A DNA stretch of 64,000 nucleotides from the NCBI GenBank assembly GCA_964571845.1, contig CAZNDM010000050.1, positions 11,676 through 75,675 on the forward strand, in the 5' to 3' direction. Shown in pieces: positions 58,234 through 64,000 of this stretch; within the stretch, counting starts at the first letter, position 1; the number at the start of each line of letters is the position of its first letter. The position numbers and the translations under genes were made by a program. Origin of the DNA: an uncultured bacterium (GTDB lineage: Bacteria > Hydrothermota > Hydrothermia > B15-G9 > WFZT01). The notes under the pieces were generated by a model. That model was not told where the DNA came from. It worked only from the letters and a program-made list of their open reading frames with translations, and made no database searches.

Positions 58234-59559
58234 TTGAAAGAGAGAATAAGGGTACTGATTCTTGGGGCAGCAGGGCGTGATTTTCACAATTTCAATGTTT
58301 ATTTCCGTGGAAATGAACATTTTGAAGTGGTTGGATTCACGGCAACTCAGATACCCAATATTGATGGCAGGGTGTATCCTTCAGAACTTGCTGGAGATCT
58401 CTATCCGGATGGAATCCCGATATACAGTGAGGACGATCTTGAGAAGCTGGTTGTTGAGAAGGGCGTCGATGTCTGTGTGTTCTCTTATTCTGATGTTTCG
58501 CACGAGCATGTTATGCACCTTGCTTCGAGGTGTGTCGCTGCAGGTGCAGATTACTGGCTCCTTGGCACCAAGTTTACTATGCTGAAGTCGAGCAAACCCG
58601 TTATCGCTATCGGTGCTGTGAGGACTGGATGTGGCAAAAGTCAGACAACAAGGCGCGTCTCTGATATACTGCGAGATCTCGGGAAAAAGGTTGTCGTAGT
58701 AAGACACCCAATGCCCTACGGTGATCTAACCAAACAGGTGGTCCAGAGATTTGCAAGTTTTGAAGACCTGGATAAATATGAATGCACGGTGGAAGAGAGA
58801 GAGGAGTATGAGCCTCATATTGAGCGCGGAAATGTGGTGTACGCCGGCGTGGATTATGAAAAGATTCTGAGGGAAGCCGAAAAGGAGGCAGATGTTATCC
58901 TGTGGGACGGTGGAAACAATGATATGCCGTTCTTTAAGCCGGATCTCTTTATCGTTGTGGCTGATCCGCATCGCCCATACCATGAACTCACATACTATCC
59001 TGGCGAGGTCAATGTGAGGATGGCGGATATTGTTGTTATCAATAAAATAGACACTGCCTATCCAGAAGACATTGATACAGTTAGAACAAACATAAAATCT
59101 CTGAATCCCAGGGCAAATATTGTGGAGGCGGCATCACCGCTGTTTGTTGAAAATGGAGAGATCATATCCGGGAAGAAAGTTCTTGTTATTGAAGATGGTC
59201 CCACGCTCACTCACGGAGAAATGCCCTATGGTGCAGGATATGTGGCGGCGACCAAGTATGGAGCAAGTGAGATTGTGAGTCCGGTCGAGTATGCAGTTGG
59301 ATCCATAAAAGAAGCGTATGAGAAGTATCCCCATGTTACTGAGGTCTTACCAGCACTTGGGTATGGTGAAAAACAACTTAAGGAACTCGAGGAAACGATC
59401 AATAAGGTGCCAGCGGATGTGGTTGTGGTTGCAACACCTGTGAACCTTGGAAAAATTCTGAATATAAATAAACCCTGGGTCAGAGTAAAGTACGAGTTGC
59501 AGGAGATCGGATACCCAACATTGAAGGATCTGATTTCAAAGTTTTTTGAAAGGGATTAA
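58234..59559 (+). CDS. P-loop protein with N-terminal Rossmann-like domain; cyclic 2,3-diphosphoglycerate synthetase-like / DUF1611-like (tentative)
   Basis: N-terminal 'RVLILGAAGRDFHNF...FEVVGF'. Mid-protein P-loop 'GAVRTGCGKSQTT'. 441 aa. Family assignment is from memory of domain order only. Confidence 0.35.
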   Translation: MKERIRVLILGAAGRDFHNFNVYFRGNEHFEVVGFTATQIPNIDGRVYPSELAGDLYPDGIPIYSEDDLEKLVVEKGVDVCVFSYSDVSHEHVMHLASRCVAAGADYWLLGTKFTMLKSSKPVIAIGAVRTGCGKSQTTRRVSDILRDLGKKVVVVRHPMPYGDLTKQVVQRFASFEDLDKYECTVEEREEYEPHIERGNVVYAGVDYEKILREAEKEADVILWDGGNNDMPFFKPDLFIVVADPHRPYHELTYYPGEVNVRMADIVVINKIDTAYPEDIDTVRTNIKSLNPRANIVEAASPLFVENGEIISGKKVLVIEDGPTLTHGEMPYGAGYVAATKYGASEIVSPVEYAVGSIKEAYEKYPHVTEVLPALGYGEKQLKELEETINKVPADVVVVATPVNLGKILNINKPWVRVKYELQEIGYPTLKDLISKFFERD

Positions 59560-59564
59560 GGAGG

Positions 59565-59611
59565 TGGGGGTGGGGCTCTGCTTCGCAGAGCCCCACCCCC
59601 ACCTATATCAC
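59565..59611. terminator. Long perfect GC-rich hairpin with TTCG loop between convergent genes; probable bidirectional terminator/REP-like element
   Basis: 'ggtgggggtggggctctgc-ttcg-cagagccccacccccacc' (19-bp stem), 6 bp after the stop at 59559 and ~140 bp from the folP stop. Confidence 0.5.
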
Positions 59612-59752
59612 CTTGCCAGACACAAACAAATTGAAAAGTAATAACATCCCTGTTCTATGGAATTTATCTTCTCCAAGTGATTTCGCAAAAAGTTCTTATA
59701 TACTCCTCAAGCTCATGATAATATGAGTCCCCCTCCATGCAATTCCCTGAGA

Positions 59753-60574
59753 TTACAATAAAGCCCTCAAAGTGCTGATAACATCTCTATTTGCCTTAAC
59801 ATCATGAACCCTGAGAATGTCAACTTCTTTGAGAGCCAGATATGCAGTAATTCCAAGTGTCCCGAACAGTCTCTTTCCCGGGTCTTTCTCATTTAATATG
59901 GAGCCTATAAAAGACTTTCTCGAATGTCCAACAAGTATTGGATAGCCGAACTTTTTAAATCTATCAATATTCCTGAGAATTTCAATATTGTCTTCAAACC
60001 TCTTTCCAAATCCAATTCCGGGATCAACTATAATTTGCTCAATACCTTTGTTTAGCAGAATCTCAATCTTGTTTTCAAAATAGGATAACAGCTCTGAGAT
60101 TACATCGTTGTAATAGGGATTTTTTTGCATATCTCTGGGGGTTCCCTTTATGTGCATCAAAATGTATGGTGATGAATATTTTGAAGCAACATCCAGAATT
60201 TTGGGGTCAAAACCAAACCCTGAGATATCGTTTATCAGATCTGCACCTGCTTTTATAGCTTCCTCCGCGACTTCTGCTTTGTAAGTGTCAATGGAGATCA
60301 GGACATTTGAGAATTTCCGTATGGTTTTAATAGCCGGAATAACTCTCCTCAATTCCTCGTCAGGATCAACCGGTTCGGCTCCTGGTCTCGTTGATTCTCC
60401 TCCAATATCCAGGATATCAGCTCCCTCGTCCATCATTTTTCTCGCAACTTCTTCCACTCTTCCCAAAACCCTGCTACCCCTGTAGAATGAATCAGGGGTA
60501 ACATTCAGAATGCCCATTAATAGTGGTTTTTTATCGGTATCAATTATTCTTCCGTGAAAAGATTTGAATCTCAT
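59753..60574 (-). CDS. folP: Dihydropteroate synthase
   Basis: 'LMGILNVTPDSFYRGSR', 'DILDIGGESTRPGA' and 'ISIDTYKAEVAEEA' are canonical DHPS motifs. Confidence 0.85.
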   Translation of the reverse strand: MRFKSFHGRIIDTDKKPLLMGILNVTPDSFYRGSRVLGRVEEVARKMMDEGADILDIGGESTRPGAEPVDPDEELRRVIPAIKTIRKFSNVLISIDTYKAEVAEEAIKAGADLINDISGFGFDPKILDVASKYSSPYILMHIKGTPRDMQKNPYYNDVISELLSYFENKIEILLNKGIEQIIVDPGIGFGKRFEDNIEILRNIDRFKKFGYPILVGHSRKSFIGSILNEKDPGKRLFGTLGITAYLALKEVDILRVHDVKANRDVISTLRALL

Positions 60575-60803
60575 AAAAAAATTATAAGGCCGATCGCGGA
60601 TCTATTGCCCTGTTGTTTGAGGTGGTTCGGGAAAAATGCTTTTGGGGAAAATTTTTATCTTCCACTCTTAAATGGGAGGAAATAAAGGGAGTTTTTCCGT
60701 GAAGTAAAAGGGAGAGGTGATTACTGGTGAAATTTTTTGAACCCTTCCCATTGTGGTTTTAGTGATGAAAATTTGAGGGGCAACTGGTTCTTTTTCTTGA
60801 TTT

Positions 60804-61628
60804 TTGGGTATATTGCTCAAAAGCCGAGAGGTGATGGTTCGATGTTTGTGCAATAATTTAAAAGTCAAAAAGCTGGAGGTGGTTATGCACATAAAATACG
60901 AGTTTCAAAAAGGTATAGGGACTGTAACCTTCACAAGAGCTGATAAGTTGAATTCATTCACACTGGATATGTGGAGAGAATTGTATGAGATTTTAATCAG
61001 GGAGAAAGCCAACAGGGATTTGAGAGTTCTTGTCATCACAGGTGAAGGTCGTGCTTTCTCAGCTGGAAACGATATAAAGGAGATGGACAGACTGAAGGAA
61101 AGTGAGGATTTGATAGCCTTTTTCGCTGATGGATTTGCAAAAGTGTTAAGGGAGATCTCTGAGTTTCCTGTACCTACAATAGGTGGGATAAACGGATTGG
61201 CTTACGGTGGTGGGTTTGAGATGACATTGATGTTCGATATAGTAATTGCATCCAGAAACGCAAAATTTGCCTTTCCTGAGGTCAATATTGGTTTAATCCC
61301 GCCAGCTGGATTAACGATCGGACCTTCAATTATCGGGCTGAAAAAAGCTGCGTGGTTAACACTTGTTGGTGAGCCCATTTCGGCGGAGGAGGCTCAAGAG
61401 CTGGGGATTGTTGATTTTGTCACTGAGCCGGAGGAGTTTCTTGAGAAGATTCATGAAGTTGCGGGGAAAATAGTAAAAGCTGATCCAATAGCCCTGAGAA
61501 TTGCAAAGAAATGGATTGCAAGACAGAGAAATATGGTGTTTTTTGAAGAAGCATCCATGGATCTTGTTTTCCTCGCAAATACGAAATTTGCAAGAGATTC
61601 ACTTGCCCGGTTTTTAAAAAAGAAATAG
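60804..61628 (+). CDS. Enoyl-CoA hydratase/isomerase (crotonase) family protein
   Basis: 'LVITGEGRAFSAGNDIKEM', 'INGLAYGGGFEMTLMFDIVIAS'. The probable true start is the ATG at ~60888, after 'ggaggtggtt'. Confidence 0.8.
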   Translation: MGILLKSREVMVRCLCNNLKVKKLEVVMHIKYEFQKGIGTVTFTRADKLNSFTLDMWRELYEILIREKANRDLRVLVITGEGRAFSAGNDIKEMDRLKESEDLIAFFADGFAKVLREISEFPVPTIGGINGLAYGGGFEMTLMFDIVIASRNAKFAFPEVNIGLIPPAGLTIGPSIIGLKKAAWLTLVGEPISAEEAQELGIVDFVTEPEEFLEKIHEVAGKIVKADPIALRIAKKWIARQRNMVFFEEASMDLVFLANTKFARDSLARFLKKK

Positions 61629-61654
61629 TTTGGTCTGGCTCGCTTCTAAAGATG

Positions 61655-62557
61655 TTACGCGAGAGGAAGTTCGTAAGAGAATATAATGTGTACCCCTTTC
61701 TCTTGGGCGTATTTCCTGACTTTTGATGAGGTGTGGTAAGTTATTAAAACAAGGAACTTGTCACCCGGGATGTATCTGTCAAGGAGTTTAATGTAGCCAA
61801 GGAATTTATCGATATCCCTTTTCCTTGCCTGAGCTTTAGACTCTCCTATGATCGTGAAAGTTTTTCCGTTTTGTTTGCCTTTACCTATAATGTTAATTTC
61901 GATTTCACGATTTTCGATTTCGAGCATTTCTCGTTTTAATGGGCCTATAGTTTCAATGTTGAATCTCTCTTTCAGGATTGAAGGTAATCCTTTAATAGCC
62001 CTATCTTCGAGTACATAGCCAAAGGCGTTTGTGAGACCGCCGAGATGTTCTCGTGTCTTTTTGTGCTCCTGGGTGAGTTTCTTAAGCTCTCTCTCAGTTT
62101 CTTTTTGTGCGAGAGCAAGTTCATTGAGCCTTTCTTCAGTTCTTTTTTGAGCAATGGCAAGTTCATTAACTCTCTGTTCAGTTCTTTTTTGAGCTTCAGC
62201 CAATTCATTGAGCCTTTCTTCAGTTTTCTTTTGAGCTTCAGCTAATTCACTAACTTTTTGTTCAAGTTTACTGTGTGCGAGAGCAAGTTCATTAAGCCTT
62301 TCTTCGGTTCTTTTTTGAGCAATGGCAAGTTCATTAACCCTTTGTTCGGTTCTTTTTTGAGCTTCAGTGAGTTCGTTAATAGCTTTCCACACCCTGTTAA
62401 AGTTCTCATTCGTTGTTCTGACGAACTCTTGGAATTCTTTTCTTGTAACAGTTTCTCCGATAATACGCTCAGCCTCTTCCAGGAAACTGATGAATACGTC
62501 CCTGAGTTTAGGATCTTCTATACTTTCAAGTTTTCTAATAAGTGAGGCTCTAACCAT
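61655..62557 (-). CDS. Coiled-coil protein with seven 14-aa tandem repeats and a C-terminal PD-(D/E)xK-nuclease-like domain (hypothetical)
   Basis: Repeats 'AIAQKRTEERLNEL / ALAQKETERELKKL'. C-terminal 'EIENREIEINIIGKGKQNGKTFTIIGESK' resembles an E..(E/D)-x-K nuclease-fold motif. Confidence 0.45.
   Translation of the reverse strand: MVRASLIRKLESIEDPKLRDVFISFLEEAERIIGETVTRKEFQEFVRTTNENFNRVWKAINELTEAQKRTEQRVNELAIAQKRTEERLNELALAHSKLEQKVSELAEAQKKTEERLNELAEAQKRTEQRVNELAIAQKRTEERLNELALAQKETERELKKLTQEHKKTREHLGGLTNAFGYVLEDRAIKGLPSILKERFNIETIGPLKREMLEIENREIEINIIGKGKQNGKTFTIIGESKAQARKRDIDKFLGYIKLLDRYIPGDKFLVLITYHTSSKVRKYAQEKGVHIIFSYELPLA
62075..62380. repeat. 42-bp tandem repeat (~7 copies, with a 168-bp higher-order duplication) inside the coiled-coil gene
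   Basis: Units such as 'gcgagagcaagttcattgagcctttcttcagttcttttttga' and 'gcaatggcaagttcattaactctctgttcagttcttttttga'. Copies 1/5 and 2/6 are nearly identical. Confidence 0.7.
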
Positions 62558-62661
62558 AACATCCTATATTTAACATGTCACCATGTGAAAGTCAACCTTT
62601 GAGGTGAAGATTTTGGCATTTTGTATTAAAATTTTCACATTCCACCAGGGAGGACTGAGAA

Positions 62662-64000
62662 GTGAGAGCATATCCAGAAGAGTTTTTTGTCAGAAAAGAA
62701 AAGGTTGAAAAACTCCGCCAACTTGGAATTGAGCCATATCCGTATAAGTTCAATGTAACACATCATTCAGCCGAGATTAAGGAACAGTTTGATAAACTCC
62801 AGGGAAAAGAAGTCTCGGTTGCCGGAAGGATTATGACAAAAAGGGTATTTGGTAAGCTTAATTTTGCCCATTTAAGAGACGAATACGGTGATATTCAGAT
62901 CGTAACACAGAAAGGAGTTACATCTGTTTCAGATCTGCCCGGTGAGGACGGATCAAAATTTTTCAAAAAATTTATTGATACAGGTGATATAATTGGTGTC
63001 AGGGGAGAAGTAATAAAGACAAAAACTGGAGAGATCAGTGTTCTTGCGAAAGAGCTGAAGATACTTTCAAAAGCTCTGCTACCTCTACCAGAAAAATGGC
63101 ACGGTCTCCAGGATAAAGAACTTAGGTATAGAGAGAGATATCTTGATCTTATAGTTAATCCTGAATCAAGACGGGTCTTTAAAACGAGAAACAGAATCAT
63201 AAGTTTTATAAGGGAATTTCTAAATGATCGAGGATTTCTCGAAATGGAGACACCGGTTTTGCAGCCCATATACGGCGGAGCTATGGCAAAACCTTTTGAA
63301 ACCTACTCGCATGTACTTGGCACTAAATTGTACCTCAGGATATCTAATGAGCTATACCTGAAGAGACTGCTTGTTGGTGGTTTTGAAAAAGTCTATGAAT
63401 TTTCAAAAGATTTTAGAAATGAAGGAATTGACCGACTGCATTATCCGGAGTTTACCCTCCTTGAAGCTTATGCCGCTTACTGGGATTACGAGGATATGTT
63501 GAGAATGACAGAAGAGCTTCTCTCTCAACTCGCACTTGAGATAAAAGGGTCTTTTGAATTTGAATACCAGGGAGAGAAGATATCTTTTAAGCCACCTTTC
63601 GAGAGAATCGATTATGTAAGATCTTTGGAAAAGCATCTGGGTTTTAATCCCCTTGAGGTTGACGAAGAAAAGCTCAGGAAAGCCGCAGAGACTCATGGTA
63701 TTGAAAAGTTCGAGAAATTACCAAAGCATAAGCTGATGGATAAACTTTTTGACAAGATTATTGGTGATAAAATAAAAGATCCAGCGTTTGTTATCAATCA
63801 TCCAGTTGAAATTTCTCCTCTTGCAAAAAGACATCGTGAGATTCCCGGAGTTACTGAGAGGTTTGAGCTCTTCATCCTTGGGATGGAGATAGCCAACGCA
63901 TTTTCAGAACTCAATGATCCTATTGATCAGAGGCAAAGATTTGAAAAACAGGTGGAACTGAGAAAATTGGGTGATGCCGAGATTCCGGCTGAAATTGACG
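62662..64000 (+). CDS. lysS: Lysine--tRNA ligase (class II), 5' portion; runs off the window
   Basis: GTG start after 'ccagggagga'. 'VAGRIMTKRVFGKLNFAHLRDEYGDIQIV' (anticodon-binding OB fold), 'ETPVLQPIYGGAMAKPF', 'RFELFILGMEIANAFSELNDP'. Not in the ORF track because it has no stop codon within the window. Confidence 0.85.
   Translation, partial: MRAYPEEFFVRKEKVEKLRQLGIEPYPYKFNVTHHSAEIKEQFDKLQGKEVSVAGRIMTKRVFGKLNFAHLRDEYGDIQIVTQKGVTSVSDLPGEDGSKFFKKFIDTGDIIGVRGEVIKTKTGEISVLAKELKILSKALLPLPEKWHGLQDKELRYRERYLDLIVNPESRRVFKTRNRIISFIREFLNDRGFLEMETPVLQPIYGGAMAKPFETYSHVLGTKLYLRISNELYLKRLLVGGFEKVYEFSKDFRNEGIDRLHYPEFTLLEAYAAYWDYEDMLRMTEELLSQLALEIKGSFEFEYQGEKISFKPPFERIDYVRSLEKHLGFNPLEVDEEKLRKAAETHGIEKFEKLPKHKLMDKLFDKIIGDKIKDPAFVINHPVEISPLAKRHREIPGVTERFELFILGMEIANAFSELNDPIDQRQRFEKQVELRKLGDAEIPAEID

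Overview
This 64-kb window is a gene-dense bacterial chromosomal segment of roughly 40-45% GC with about 50 protein genes on both strands and no rRNA or tRNA genes that I could find. Several genes point to a Fibrobacteres-Chlorobi-Bacteroidetes (FCB) group lineage, possibly thermophilic: a type IX secretion C-terminal sorting domain on a 1257-aa gingipain-like protein, and 'LSAQF/LQAQF' signal-peptide ends. This lineage call is inference only.

The confidently recognised housekeeping genes are carB, a purD-purE fusion, valS, the start of lysS, recG, an ispD/ispF fusion, tpiA, secG, rplU, prfA, folP, rtcA, pyrimidine-nucleoside phosphorylase, nicotinate phosphoribosyltransferase, glgA and the rmlA/C/B/D dTDP-rhamnose block.

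The most interesting region is a minus-strand operon at 8857..17356. It encodes wecB, a deacetylase-like DUF2334-like secreted protein, a tetratricopeptide-repeat (TPR) protein with a beta-rich C-terminal domain, a 717-aa periplasmic membrane-anchored protein, a GT2 glycosyltransferase whose C-terminus carries a tandem MshEN-type c-di-GMP-binding motif, and a small Rieske protein. The architecture and wecB linkage resemble E. coli NfrB/NfrA. I read this as a c-di-GMP-gated, synthase-dependent exopolysaccharide secretion system.

Other notable items:
- An HldC (RfaE-II)-like adenylyltransferase fused to a NUDIX hydrolase.
- A two-subunit, Tat-exported molybdopterin oxidoreductase with no membrane anchor, on an accessory-looking island bounded by long non-coding stretches.
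- A dispersed family of GC-rich palindromic elements with UUCG/GAAG loops and an 'ATTGAGG' flank. One locus holds a degenerate ~35-bp tandem array of 9 units that is not a CRISPR.
- A PNK-like P-loop kinase with a small partner ORF.
- A cyclic-2,3-diphosphoglycerate-synthetase-like P-loop protein.
- A coiled-coil protein built from 42-bp tandem repeats.

Many small track ORFs nested in or antisense to long genes are treated as spurious.
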